Made by a program: the position numbers and the translations under genes. The notes below the pieces were generated by a model. The model did not search any database and was not told the origin of the DNA. It saw only the letters and a list, made by a program, of their open reading frames with translations. A DNA stretch of 47,820 bases from an uncultured archaeon (GTDB lineage: Archaea > Asgardarchaeota > Lokiarchaeia > Sigyniarchaeales > SOKP01), in NCBI GenBank assembly GCA_964493715.1, contig CAZBPC010000018.1:1-47820 (forward strand). The letters are read 5' to 3'. Of this stretch, positions 28,284 through 38,680 are shown in pieces. How positions within the stretch are numbered: the stretch's first letter is position 1; every line of letters starts with the position of its first letter.

Positions 28284-29795
28284 ATGATCAATCGCTTTTT
28301 CAAAGATAACTCGGAAAAAATTTTAAGGTTTAATTCAAATGTAGAAATTAATGATAAACCAGAACTCTTAAAAGAATTTGTAAGGATACCTCTGACCCCA
28401 ATTCAAATAGATGCTTTTCTTCTTTACAAGTTGACAGAATTAATATATCCTAAATTCATTTATGATCAACAAAATATTGTAGACATTATCATTTCTGATT
28501 TTAACATTGATAATATTGTTTTGGAAAGTAATGTTTATGAAACTAAAATAGCGGGAATACTTAAAAAAGGGATCTATTTACCGAAAAATTCAATTTCTAT
28601 AACAAGAAAAGACTTAGAAAATATTGAAGGCTTGTTTAAAAAGATCCAAGATGTAATTATTAAAGAAAACGGGATTAAAGTCATGTCCATATGCATTTTT
28701 AAAAAACGGGGCATCGATTTAATAAGTACACATTGTGAAAATCTGAAAAAATTATCCTTTAATGGATTTATGAGTAGTTTGTTAGATTTAGTACAAAAAT
28801 GCATAGAAAAAGGACTAATTATTCTATATCCAGAACCCGAGTTCTTACGATTTATGAGAGAGTTAGTTTCAATATTCCAAGATGTAAAATTTTCCAGTAT
28901 TTATAATTTGATAAATAATTTGTGCCCCTCCTATAAACATGCCATAAAGTTCAATTCTAAAAGCATAACCTTTACATTACAAGTTGAAAAGGGAGATCAT
29001 GATAACGTAGTCAAATTTATTCAATCTGAGTTAACTCCCAATGAATTAGAAGAATTTATGTTGCCAAAATTGAGAGAGGATTATAAACTTGAAAGTGTAA
29101 TTTCTTTAGATTTGGATGCCGCAATTAGTTTTTTAAGTGAAATTTTTGAACTGAAAGTTCCTATAATAGCTGATCAATTGAAACTTCTACTACAAAAATT
29201 TTTGTTTGGTTTAAGAAGTATCGAAATCTATTGGAAGATGTATCCTCGTCCGAAGATATATAACGTGTTAATTAGATATATATTAAGATTAATTGGATTT
29301 AATGTTAATCTAAGAAAGCTTTCTCATTGGAATCTTCCCGAGTTTATCATTAATCTCTTTAATTCTAACTTTGGATTAAATTCAAAAATATTAATACTTT
29401 TAACCAATAACAGTCATAATAGAATCCAAAATGCTCTTCAGCTTCAATTTTTAAATGGTTCCTTGGTAAAAATATCCGCTGTTGATAAAACCAATGTATT
29501 TGATAATAATTTTGATTTAAAAGAAATTTATTCACAATTAGTAGAATCTATGGAATATTTAGATTTTATATTTAAAATAGACATCGATTTAATTAAAGAA
29601 TTTATAGAGAAATATATTTTTAAAATTTATGCTGTAACACCACTCAAACAATATAAAGTTTTAAAAATGGCTAAAAAATCCAAATACCTTGAAATGTATC
29701 CAAGTATACCTGCTTATGAGCTGTTTAAATCAAAAAGCTTATTTTCCTTATTGAAATTATTACTCCCTATTATCATTGACAAACATGAATTTTAA
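28284..29795 (+). CDS. Hypothetical protein
   Basis: 503-aa ORF 3 nt after the previous stop, with SD GGAGGT. No family recognised. Confidence 0.7.
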   Translation: MINRFFKDNSEKILRFNSNVEINDKPELLKEFVRIPLTPIQIDAFLLYKLTELIYPKFIYDQQNIVDIIISDFNIDNIVLESNVYETKIAGILKKGIYLPKNSISITRKDLENIEGLFKKIQDVIIKENGIKVMSICIFKKRGIDLISTHCENLKKLSFNGFMSSLLDLVQKCIEKGLIILYPEPEFLRFMRELVSIFQDVKFSSIYNLINNLCPSYKHAIKFNSKSITFTLQVEKGDHDNVVKFIQSELTPNELEEFMLPKLREDYKLESVISLDLDAAISFLSEIFELKVPIIADQLKLLLQKFLFGLRSIEIYWKMYPRPKIYNVLIRYILRLIGFNVNLRKLSHWNLPEFIINLFNSNFGLNSKILILLTNNSHNRIQNALQLQFLNGSLVKISAVDKTNVFDNNFDLKEIYSQLVESMEYLDFIFKIDIDLIKEFIEKYIFKIYAVTPLKQYKVLKMAKKSKYLEMYPSIPAYELFKSKSLFSLLKLLLPIIIDKHEF

Positions 29796-29799
29796 GGAT

Positions 29800-30888
29800 T
29801 TATATAAATCCTTTTTTCATTAACAACTCCGCATTTAAAATTGCACCCCCCGCGGCGCCTCGAATTGTATTGTGACTTAAAGCAACGAACTTATAATCAA
29901 GTACTTGATCCTTTCTTAGTCTACCAACAGTAACTGCCATTCCTTTATCATTATCGCGATCTTTTTTGGGTTGAGGACGGTTTTCATTCTCTAAATATAT
30001 AATTGGCTGTTTTGGAGCATAAGGAAGTGATAGTTCTTGTGGAATTGCACGGAACGATCGCCAAATATCTATAATTTCATCTTTAGAAGGTATTTTTTCC
30101 TGGAATTTAATATTAACACAAGCTGTATGTCCATCTATTACCGGTACTCTAGTACAAGTAGCACTTATTTTGATTGAATCGTTATTAATTATCCCATTTT
30201 CTCCGATACTCCCTAAAATCTTTAAGGGTTCCAATTCTGATTTTTCTTCTTCACCCCCAATGAATGGTACTATGTTATCAATCATGTCTAATGAAGCGAC
30301 TCCCGGATATCCAGCTCCAGAAACCGCTTGAAGCGTGGAAACTATCAATTTATTGACTTTATATCCTGCTTTTTGCAGTGAATAGATTGGGGTCATGAAA
30401 CTTTGTATGGAACAATTAGGTTTTACAGCCACAAACCCTTTTGAAAAACCTCTATTTTGTTGTTGGATTGGAATAATATTAATATGGTCAGGATTTATTT
30501 CAGGGATTATCATTGGCACATCAGCAGTCCATCTATGAGCAGAATTGTTACTGATTACCGGAATTCCTTTTCGAGCATAATTGAATTCTAATTCCTTAAC
30601 ATCTTCCTTGCTAGGTAAATTTATTGCGGAGAACACGAACTTTATCTGGGGATCTAACGAATCAATATCATGAACATCTCGTACTATTAAATTCGTAATA
30701 TTCTCTGGAATATTAGTTGACATCTGCCATTTATTCCTTACAGCGTCTGTATATGTTTTTCCCGCAGATCTTGAAGATGCCGCAACATCCATAACCTGAA
30801 ACCATGGATGATTCCTTAGGAGTTTAATATAATTTTGCCCCACAACTCCAGTTGCACCAATAATTCCAACCATTAATTTTTCAAGCAT
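29800..30888 (-). CDS. asd: Aspartate-semialdehyde dehydrogenase
   Basis: GATGVVG, KPNCS, QAVSGAG, EEEK, RVPVIDGH and HNTIRGAAG. Confidence 0.95.
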   Translation of the reverse strand: MLEKLMVGIIGATGVVGQNYIKLLRNHPWFQVMDVAASSRSAGKTYTDAVRNKWQMSTNIPENITNLIVRDVHDIDSLDPQIKFVFSAINLPSKEDVKELEFNYARKGIPVISNNSAHRWTADVPMIIPEINPDHINIIPIQQQNRGFSKGFVAVKPNCSIQSFMTPIYSLQKAGYKVNKLIVSTLQAVSGAGYPGVASLDMIDNIVPFIGGEEEKSELEPLKILGSIGENGIINNDSIKISATCTRVPVIDGHTACVNIKFQEKIPSKDEIIDIWRSFRAIPQELSLPYAPKQPIIYLENENRPQPKKDRDNDKGMAVTVGRLRKDQVLDYKFVALSHNTIRGAAGGAILNAELLMKKGFI

Positions 30889-31125
30889 TTATTTAGATTT
30901 TGGAAATTTATAACTTGTTTTTTTTGATTTATATAAAAGGAAATATGTAAGAAAATTTAATAAATTAGATAATAACAATTACTTTAAAAAATATTACTTA
31001 GTTTATTGTATACATCCTAAGACTTACCTTACGGTTTATATTATAACAAATATAATTAGATATCAAGGAAACAAAGTTTAAGATGTCTTTTTCATTTTAG
31101 TTATTGAAAAACCTGATGTGAAAAT

Positions 31126-32844
31126 ATGTCATTTATGATGAAATTGGCTTATATATTTGTCCCTTTTATCAGATTGATTAATTTAATCAAAAGAACAGTT
31201 TCTCCGCCCATTAAACGTTATTTTGCACCGAAAATATCAGATCATACTTACGAGCTTGGTGCTTGGAATAATAATGCTACTATCCAAACAAGATACGGTC
31301 TTTTAACTGGTTTTTCGGATAAAAATACCTGGTGTTGGAAGGGGATTCCCTATGCGACTCCTCCAGTAGGGAAACTACGGTGGAAAGCACCACGCAGCCC
31401 TGTTCCTTGGTCCGGAACGCGCAAAACAAAAAAATTTGGGAATTCCGCATCGCAAGTAATGCCTATACTAGGTTCAATTGGTTCAGAAGATTGTCTCTAC
31501 CTTAACATCTGGCGACCTAAAAGTTCAGAAACAGAGTTACCTGTTTATTTATATATCCACGGGGGAGGTAACTCAATAGGAACGGCTGCTACGACCGAAT
31601 ACTATGGTAATGCGGTAGTTGGGAAGTCAAACTTGTTATACATCTCTGTTAACTACCGTCTAGGGGCAATGGGATGGTTCATCCACTCTGCTGTAACAGA
31701 AGGTGGTTCTTCAGAAGACCAAAGCGGGAACTTTGGTACTCTTGATCTGATAAAATCCTTGGAGTGGGTACAAGAAAACATCAGAGCATTTGGTGGTGAT
31801 CCAAACAATGTAACAATTGCAGGTGAATCTGGTGGAGCTTTTAACGTACTCTCACTCCTTGTTTCTCCCGCAGCAAAAGGACTGTTCCACCATGCTATTT
31901 CAGAGAGTGGCCTTTCGCTCCTATGGAGCACTAATGATGCTATAATCCAAAGTAACAAACTTCTTGTATCTCTCCTCATTAAGGAGCGAAAAGCTGGGAA
32001 TGAAGAAGAAGCGGAACATCTCATCAGCAAGATGAAAGACGATGAAATTAATGAGTATCTCCGTTCGAAATCAGCGTTTAAAATCATGAAAAACATTCCT
32101 ACTATAGATTTTGGAATGGCAGATTGGCACACGATCTTCACCGATGGGGTTGTGCTGCCTGAAGAAGGGTACGACATATTTTCATCTGGAGAGTGGTCAA
32201 ACGAGGTACCTTTAATTATTGGTTGTACTAAGGACGAAATGAAGCTCTTTGGTCATTTTAGAAAAAATCCTTCATTAAATTCACGAGAATATGATTTGAT
32301 ATGGGGATACTATTCATTATTATGGCGTGCAAATGGCGTCGATTTTATAGCAGAAAAAATTACTTCTAATAGCGATGTACCTGTTTATGCTTACCGATTT
32401 GACTGGGGAAGCCTTGATAGCAATGGTTTAAGCGTTCTGCCAAGAAATAAGGGACAAGAATTTGGGGCTCATCATAGTGCAGAAGTACCTTTCTTTTTAG
32501 GTATGGGAGCTGGTGAAATTGCCATGTTAATAGGAAGAACCCATACAAAGCATAACTATCTAGGTCGCGAAAGACTAACTAACTTATGCATGAGCTATCT
32601 AGCCAATTTTGCAAAGAATGGGAATCCTAACGGAGAAATGGTCCCTCATTGGCCTGCTTGGGATAACACTAAAGGAAAAGAAAAGATTCTTGTCCTTGAC
32701 GCGGGAATTAACGATTTAAAGCTTTCTTTTCTGAGCGAGATGATCAATGTCCGAAGTGTTCTAGATCTTATCAATTCTGAACTCAAAGAACCTGAACGGG
32801 GTAAATTACTGGCGATTCTCGATGGTTTCATACCTTTAGACTAA
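31126..32844 (+). CDS. Type-B carboxylesterase/lipase
   Basis: GIPYA.PP...RW, SEDCLYLNIW, IHGGG, NYRLG, FGGDP.NVTIAGESGG, catalytic Glu region (TKDE) and GAHH..E. Confidence 0.93.
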   Translation: MSFMMKLAYIFVPFIRLINLIKRTVSPPIKRYFAPKISDHTYELGAWNNNATIQTRYGLLTGFSDKNTWCWKGIPYATPPVGKLRWKAPRSPVPWSGTRKTKKFGNSASQVMPILGSIGSEDCLYLNIWRPKSSETELPVYLYIHGGGNSIGTAATTEYYGNAVVGKSNLLYISVNYRLGAMGWFIHSAVTEGGSSEDQSGNFGTLDLIKSLEWVQENIRAFGGDPNNVTIAGESGGAFNVLSLLVSPAAKGLFHHAISESGLSLLWSTNDAIIQSNKLLVSLLIKERKAGNEEEAEHLISKMKDDEINEYLRSKSAFKIMKNIPTIDFGMADWHTIFTDGVVLPEEGYDIFSSGEWSNEVPLIIGCTKDEMKLFGHFRKNPSLNSREYDLIWGYYSLLWRANGVDFIAEKITSNSDVPVYAYRFDWGSLDSNGLSVLPRNKGQEFGAHHSAEVPFFLGMGAGEIAMLIGRTHTKHNYLGRERLTNLCMSYLANFAKNGNPNGEMVPHWPAWDNTKGKEKILVLDAGINDLKLSFLSEMINVRSVLDLINSELKEPERGKLLAILDGFIPLD

Positions 32845-33036
32845 GCTTTTTGACTAAATCAGGGCTTAATGTATCTTTTGGTAAAAAGGTGATAATTCTT
32901 CTTGAAACTGAGAGATTCCATTTGTTGTTTTAATTATAAAAAAGAAGGATCTAAATGGAAGTATATTAATAATGATTAATATTAGTTTAATGAATAATTT
33001 TATTATCTTTTTTAAGAATAATTAATAGTAATTACT

Positions 33037-34356
33037 ATGAATGACCCTTTAATAAAAGAAGCTGAAAAACTAGAAGAACATTCAAAATTACAGCTTAAAT
33101 TAAAGAATTACGATTCTGCAATTACATCTTTATTAGAAGCAAAAGAACTTTATACTCGTTTAGGATTAACTGGACAAGTTGGGATTGTTATTAAAGAAAT
33201 AGTTCGAATAAAGAACTTGAAACGTACCAGTCCCGCAAGAGACACGAAGTTAGAAGTTCTTGAAGAACAAGAAGATTTAGAAATTGATGAGGATTTAAAA
33301 ACTATTGAATATTCAGAAAAAAATGGATATGATATATTGGATAAAGCACGAGAGCTCGCAATACAAGAAAAATATGATGAAGCGTTAAAACTATTCGATC
33401 AAGCTTATAGTCTTTTCAAAAAAATAAATTATGATTTCGAAAGCAATCAAATTCTATTACAAATTAATGAAATCAAGGAACATTTACGATGGAAACAATC
33501 TGGGAAAGGATTAAAGAATAGAGTAAATATAAAGGATATAGTTACTTTAGCATCTGCAGAAAGAAGAAGAAATAAGCTTCAAAAGCAAATTGAAACGCCT
33601 AGAAGTCCAATTACTACAAAGAATCCCATAACCCCTCATATTGAGAAAGAAAGTATTGAAACAAGGTATCCCAAATTATACCAACAGCAAATTCAAGACC
33701 AAAAGAAAGAGTATGATGAAAAAAAATTTCAAGGGAATATTTTAAAGGAAAATGACAATTTACGCAAACAACAAATTGAAGAAAGAAGAAATCGCGTAAA
33801 ATTACTGCAAGAGAAAAAGAAAAAAGAAGAAAATCTTCTCAAAGAAGCTGAAGATTTGTTATCTGATGGAAATCGAGCATTAATGAGTAAAGATTATGAT
33901 GGTGCAACATCTTTATACCAACAAGCTATTAAAATCTTTAATCAGATGGGTTGGTTGAATCAAACGCGTACACTACAAAAAGAACTTAGGAACATCGAAT
34001 TATATAAAAAAGAAGAACAGAGAAAAATTACACAAAAAATCCTAATAAAAGAGAAGGATGATCAGGAATTTCAAAAACGAGTTGAAAGCATAACTAGTGA
34101 AAAACAGAGAGTTGAGGAAAAGAAATTGCAACAACAAGTTGTTTTACCTCCTTTGATAAGGAATAAGTTAGAGAAAATAAATTTGGCAAAAATAAAAGCA
34201 GAGAAAGAAGAAAAAATGGGGAAATTTGAAAGAGTAATTTCTCGATTTCAATTCATCTTAGAGGAGTTAAAATCTATTCCTATTGATGTAATTGATCTAA
34301 GCAGTGAGATTACTGCAACAGAGCAAAAATTGATGGAATTAAAAGAGAAAAAGTAA
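33037..34356 (+). CDS. TPR-like repeat / coiled-coil protein
   Basis: Repeated YD.A...(L/F/Y)..A..(L/I)(Y/F)..(L/I/M) helical hairpins separated by charged coiled segments. Confidence 0.65.
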   Translation: MNDPLIKEAEKLEEHSKLQLKLKNYDSAITSLLEAKELYTRLGLTGQVGIVIKEIVRIKNLKRTSPARDTKLEVLEEQEDLEIDEDLKTIEYSEKNGYDILDKARELAIQEKYDEALKLFDQAYSLFKKINYDFESNQILLQINEIKEHLRWKQSGKGLKNRVNIKDIVTLASAERRRNKLQKQIETPRSPITTKNPITPHIEKESIETRYPKLYQQQIQDQKKEYDEKKFQGNILKENDNLRKQQIEERRNRVKLLQEKKKKEENLLKEAEDLLSDGNRALMSKDYDGATSLYQQAIKIFNQMGWLNQTRTLQKELRNIELYKKEEQRKITQKILIKEKDDQEFQKRVESITSEKQRVEEKKLQQQVVLPPLIRNKLEKINLAKIKAEKEEKMGKFERVISRFQFILEELKSIPIDVIDLSSEITATEQKLMELKEKK

Positions 34357-34405
34357 TATCGAATCAATCTTTATTTTTTATAAATATATAATTATTCACA
34401 TCACC

Positions 34406-35446
34406 ATGAAAAACCCATTCTTGGAATTTTATCATGTTCCAAACACAAAAGAATTATTGGATATCGCCTTCAAACGAGGAATGAAAAGTTCCGCTCAAGT
34501 ATCGAAGAATGCTCCCATTCTCTTAAAAGCAAAAAAAAAGGAACGTAAACGAATAAACGTAGTGATTGAAGAGTTAATTGAGCGAATTCTAAAGATAATT
34601 AAGAGTGTTCCCATGATTGAAGAATTACCCGATTTCTATCGGGAATTAGCGTCTTTGCTTGTTGATGTTGATGAATTAAGGCTTACATTAGGAAAATTGA
34701 ATGGGATATTACCCATACTTAGTCAGGTTGAAAGGGATAGTTTTAAATCGCTCTCGAAAATCGAAACACCTAAGGAAGCAGATAGTATACGTCGTTCGGT
34801 ATTTGGAAGAGTTTCATCTATTTTAAGAAAACAAAATGAAAATCTTGAATATTTAAATAATATCAGAGGAAAGTTAAGAAAAATACCCTCTATTGATTAT
34901 GAAATGCCTTGCGTTGTATTTGCAGGTTATCCCAATGTAGGAAAGAGTAGTTTAGTAGTTAATGTATCAACAAATAAGAAGATTGAAGTTCAAGAATATC
35001 CATTCACTACAAAAGAATTAATTTTAGGACATTTACATATTGAACGCAAATTTGATACGATCAAACTTCAATGCATGGACACTCCAGGTATCTTAGATAG
35101 ACCAATGTCAATGCGTAATAATATTGAAGCTCAAGCAATTTTAGCATTAAGATTGATCTCTGATTTAATTGTGTTTGTATTCGATCCAACTCCCGCTTGT
35201 GGGTATTCCATTGACTCTCAAATTGATCTCTATAAAGAAATAAAACAGAATTTTACGCAAGATGGAAAAATAGACATGTTAATAATTATGAACAAGAAAG
35301 ATTTAGCAAGTCTGACTGAAATCAATTACTTGAAAGAAAAATTAAATTTAAATGAAGGAGACTTTTTCATGACAAACGCTTTAACAGGAGATAATGTAGA
35401 TAAGTTAATATTTTATCTCAAGCAGAAGTATGAAAATAAATCCTAA
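34406..35446 (+). CDS. NOG1-family GTPase (large ribosomal subunit biogenesis)
   Basis: N-terminal helical domain (LPDFYREL), GYPNVGKSS, YPFTTK, DTPGILDRP...RNNIE.QAILAL and NKKD. Confidence 0.92.
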   Translation: MKNPFLEFYHVPNTKELLDIAFKRGMKSSAQVSKNAPILLKAKKKERKRINVVIEELIERILKIIKSVPMIEELPDFYRELASLLVDVDELRLTLGKLNGILPILSQVERDSFKSLSKIETPKEADSIRRSVFGRVSSILRKQNENLEYLNNIRGKLRKIPSIDYEMPCVVFAGYPNVGKSSLVVNVSTNKKIEVQEYPFTTKELILGHLHIERKFDTIKLQCMDTPGILDRPMSMRNNIEAQAILALRLISDLIVFVFDPTPACGYSIDSQIDLYKEIKQNFTQDGKIDMLIIMNKKDLASLTEINYLKEKLNLNEGDFFMTNALTGDNVDKLIFYLKQKYENKS

Positions 35447-35475
35447 TCTAAAATACCATATATTGATTCTTTATT

Positions 35476-36582
35476 ATGCCTGAAGAAAGTCATATTTCTA
35501 TTTTAGGATTAGATATTGGAGGCGCTAACACAAAAGCAGCCTTGTTGGAGTATGATAAGGGTAAAATAATAAAAGCATCATCCTCTATTGAATACTTTCC
35601 GTTTTGGGAAAAGACTCTCAATGATATTCCAGAGATGCTTTCTCGCATTACAAATGCACTTTTATACCAAAATAATCTCACACTAGATGATATAAAATAC
35701 ATTGCCATCACTATAACATGTGAACTTTCTGACGCCTTTCAAACCAAAAAGGAAGGGATTGATAAAACTATAGATGCATTATCACAGATTTTTCACTGCA
35801 AGAAATTATTCTTTATGAGTACCGATGATGTCTTTATCTCAGAAAAAGAAGCTAGAAAAAATTATATTAAAGTTGCAGCTGCTAATTGGGTGTCTACGGC
35901 GTTGTTTTTAGGGAAGATTGTCCCTAATTGCATTTTAATTGATTCTGGATCCACTACAATTGACATAATACCTATAAAAGATGGAAAACCGATCTCAAAC
36001 GGAAAAACAGATGTGGATCGATTAATGTATCATGAACTAATTTATACAGGGGGTTTAAGGGCTACAATACCTTCAATTACTCATAGCGTCCCATACAAAA
36101 ATAAGTTGATTCAAATTTCATTTGAAAAGTTTGCTTTGGTTTCTGATGTCCATCTTATTCTAAATAATATTACAGAAAGCCAATATATCAATGATACTGC
36201 AGATAATAGAACAACTTCCTTAGAGAATTGCTATTCTCGTTTAGCAAGAATAATTTGTGCAGATAAAACTATGCTAACAATAGAAGAATTGAATAAAATA
36301 GCGGAATATATCTATGAAAAACAATTAAGTCTAATAGCCATTGAAATTAAATCATTTCTCCATGATTTAGAGTTAAGAGAGCCCAACTTAGTTAGAAAAC
36401 CTAAATTTATAATAACGGGATTATCAGCAGATTACCTTATAAAAATTAATCTTCAAAAAATGGGTTATGATGAGATATTTTCTTATGAATCACTTACACA
36501 AATACCTGATAAGATTAGTTCCTCTGCTTTTGCTGTAGCAGGAGCACTTTATTACCAAAAACAGGATTTAAGAGGATCATGA
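35476..36582 (+). CDS. mfnF: MfnF-like methanofuran biosynthesis protein (hydantoinase A family)
   Basis: GLDIGGANTK, YFPFW, TCELSDAF.TK.EG, AAANW, DSGSTTIDIIPI, ELIYTG.LR and RLARIICAD. Confidence 0.8.
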   Translation: MPEESHISILGLDIGGANTKAALLEYDKGKIIKASSSIEYFPFWEKTLNDIPEMLSRITNALLYQNNLTLDDIKYIAITITCELSDAFQTKKEGIDKTIDALSQIFHCKKLFFMSTDDVFISEKEARKNYIKVAAANWVSTALFLGKIVPNCILIDSGSTTIDIIPIKDGKPISNGKTDVDRLMYHELIYTGGLRATIPSITHSVPYKNKLIQISFEKFALVSDVHLILNNITESQYINDTADNRTTSLENCYSRLARIICADKTMLTIEELNKIAEYIYEKQLSLIAIEIKSFLHDLELREPNLVRKPKFIITGLSADYLIKINLQKMGYDEIFSYESLTQIPDKISSSAFAVAGALYYQKQDLRGS

Positions 36583-37307
36583 TAAGTAAAAATGCCCTTT
36601 TTAAAATTGGGGGTAAAATCCTTGAAAATGAAGCAAATTTGGAAAATTCAGTATCACAATTAAGTAATCTCTTCATTAAAAACGTTCTAGATAAGATCAT
36701 TATTGTTCCAGGAGGGGGAACTCTCGCTAACTTCGTTAGGAATCTCGATTTAAAAATCAATTTGGGAGATGACAAGTCACATTGGATGGCAATTCATGCA
36801 ATGGATTTTAATGGACAAGAGTTAGCAGCGCGTTATAAGCACATGGAAATTATTGAAAATATTGAAGAGATTAACAATGAAAGACGTATATTCGCAATTT
36901 TTCTCCCTTTCAAACATCTAAAAAATAATGATATTTTACCTCATAATTGGCAAGTAACTTCTGATTCTATTGCATTATTCTTAGCGCATGAATTAAACTT
37001 CGAATGTGTTTTTTTGATAAAAAATGTTGATGGAATAATTCTTAAAGATAATTCTTGTATAAGAAAAATCTCTACTCAAGAATTTAAAAAATTAAAAAGT
37101 GAAAATCAATTATTAAAAATGGAAGAAGATAATCTCAATAAGAAGAGCTCAACACCCATCGATGAATATTTACCTGATTTAATTAACAAATATAAATTAC
37201 CATGTGTAATTTTAAATGGTGCTGAATCAACAAGAATCACTGATTTTTTCTTAGAAAATAGTAAGGCATATCATACTCAATTGATTCCTTCAGATTTGGA
37301 TAAATAA
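36579..37307 (+). CDS. mfnE: MfnE-like kinase (amino-acid kinase fold)
   Basis: KIGG, VPGGG..AN.VR, HWMAI.AMD, LPHNWQVTSDSIA and KNVDGI. ATGA overlap with mfnF. Confidence 0.8.
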   Translation: MISKNALFKIGGKILENEANLENSVSQLSNLFIKNVLDKIIIVPGGGTLANFVRNLDLKINLGDDKSHWMAIHAMDFNGQELAARYKHMEIIENIEEINNERRIFAIFLPFKHLKNNDILPHNWQVTSDSIALFLAHELNFECVFLIKNVDGIILKDNSCIRKISTQEFKKLKSENQLLKMEEDNLNKKSSTPIDEYLPDLINKYKLPCVILNGAESTRITDFFLENSKAYHTQLIPSDLDK

Positions 37308-37396
37308 AATTATCTTTAATCAATCCCGAAATCAAAGTTTTAATTATATAAATCACGAATTTAATAATAATAATTCAAATAATATTGTGAGTTAAG

Positions 37397-37897
37397 ATGG
37401 ACGAGGCAGAAATGAAAAAAAATGCAGATTTTCTAATTAATAATCTGGTTGGAATGGAAATACCTGGTAAAGCAACGGTATCAATAAGGTATAAAACCCT
37501 TGTTAATTTCGCACAAATTTATGGTATTACAGATCCTAAATACATAGGACTTGAGGAAAATGGAATTGTTGCTTGTCACGCATTTGCTAATCATTTTACA
37601 ATTAAAGCACTATACAAATTATTACTTGGAATGAAACTAATTCAAGATGGTGTAGAACGACCTTTTATGTTGAATGTTAACAAGCTACTACATGGAGGTC
37701 AGAAATATGATTGGGAGGGATGTGTGGATGTTAAACCAGGTGATAAACTATCAATTACAGCAAAATTTGGTAAAGTATGGGTCATTGAAAAAACAATGGT
37801 TCTTTTTACTGAAATAGAAGTACTGGTTAAAAATCAAAATGATGAATTAGTATGCAAGCCCTTGATAACGGCTGCAGTAAGACCTGGAGGATATTGA
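37397..37897 (+). CDS. MaoC-like hotdog-fold protein (N-terminal / non-catalytic type)
   Basis: NFAQIYG..DP.Y, LLHGGQKYDW, VKPGD.L and NQNDELV. Confidence 0.75.
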   Translation: MDEAEMKKNADFLINNLVGMEIPGKATVSIRYKTLVNFAQIYGITDPKYIGLEENGIVACHAFANHFTIKALYKLLLGMKLIQDGVERPFMLNVNKLLHGGQKYDWEGCVDVKPGDKLSITAKFGKVWVIEKTMVLFTEIEVLVKNQNDELVCKPLITAAVRPGGY

Positions 37898-37913
37898 AAG
37901 AGGTGAAAAAAAA

Positions 37914-38462
37914 GTGGTAAAAATATCAGATATCAAGGTTGGTCAAGTTATTAAGAACGAATTTAATCAAATCACTCGAGAATTGTTGAAGGAATATGCT
38001 AAAGCATCAGGAGATACGAACCCAATTCATACAAGTGACGAAATAGCGATAAGGGCAGGTTTGAAGGGGGTAATAGGTCATGGTCTTTTTAGTTTCGGAT
38101 TCATATCCAAGTTGTTTGAAGATTTTCTAAATCAAGAAGAATATGGAAAACTAATCGATATTGATATCGAGATGCGTGGGATGGTAAGATGCGGGGATAT
38201 CTTAGTCACTGAGGCAAAAGTCACAAAAATAGAAGGGAAAAGAGTCTATTTTGACGTAACACAAACAACATTTACTAATGTAGATATTAAGGATAAGGAT
38301 GGAAACATCATTAAACAATTTGAAGCGGGAGAAAGGGGTTATATTTCTGAAAAAGATATTGAACGAAACCTAGTTAAAACTAAAGAAGTAGATAATGGAA
38401 TCTTAACATTTCGAGAAAGAGTATCAATGCCTGGAACGGCAACTATAGAATTATATGATTAA
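37914..38462 (+). CDS. MaoC-family (R)-specific enoyl-CoA hydratase/dehydratase
   Basis: Hydratase motif YAKASGDTNPIH...GVIGHG. SD GAGGTG before the GTG start. Confidence 0.85.
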   Translation: MVKISDIKVGQVIKNEFNQITRELLKEYAKASGDTNPIHTSDEIAIRAGLKGVIGHGLFSFGFISKLFEDFLNQEEYGKLIDIDIEMRGMVRCGDILVTEAKVTKIEGKRVYFDVTQTTFTNVDIKDKDGNIIKQFEAGERGYISEKDIERNLVKTKEVDNGILTFRERVSMPGTATIELYD

Positions 38463-38680
38463 TTTACAATCTTTTCTTTTTTTTGTATATTTATAAAGAT
38501 TTCTTATTATTTTTGCTTTTTATTTCAAAATTTAAATCAAATAATCCAAACTCATTAATTTTAAAAAACTGAAATGTTATGTATTTTTTGATTTAATAAA
38601 AAAACATTTTTATAGTTTTACGACAAAAGAGTTTATTGCCAAGAATAAAACACAAAATTATTATTTAGATAAGGTTTAGC

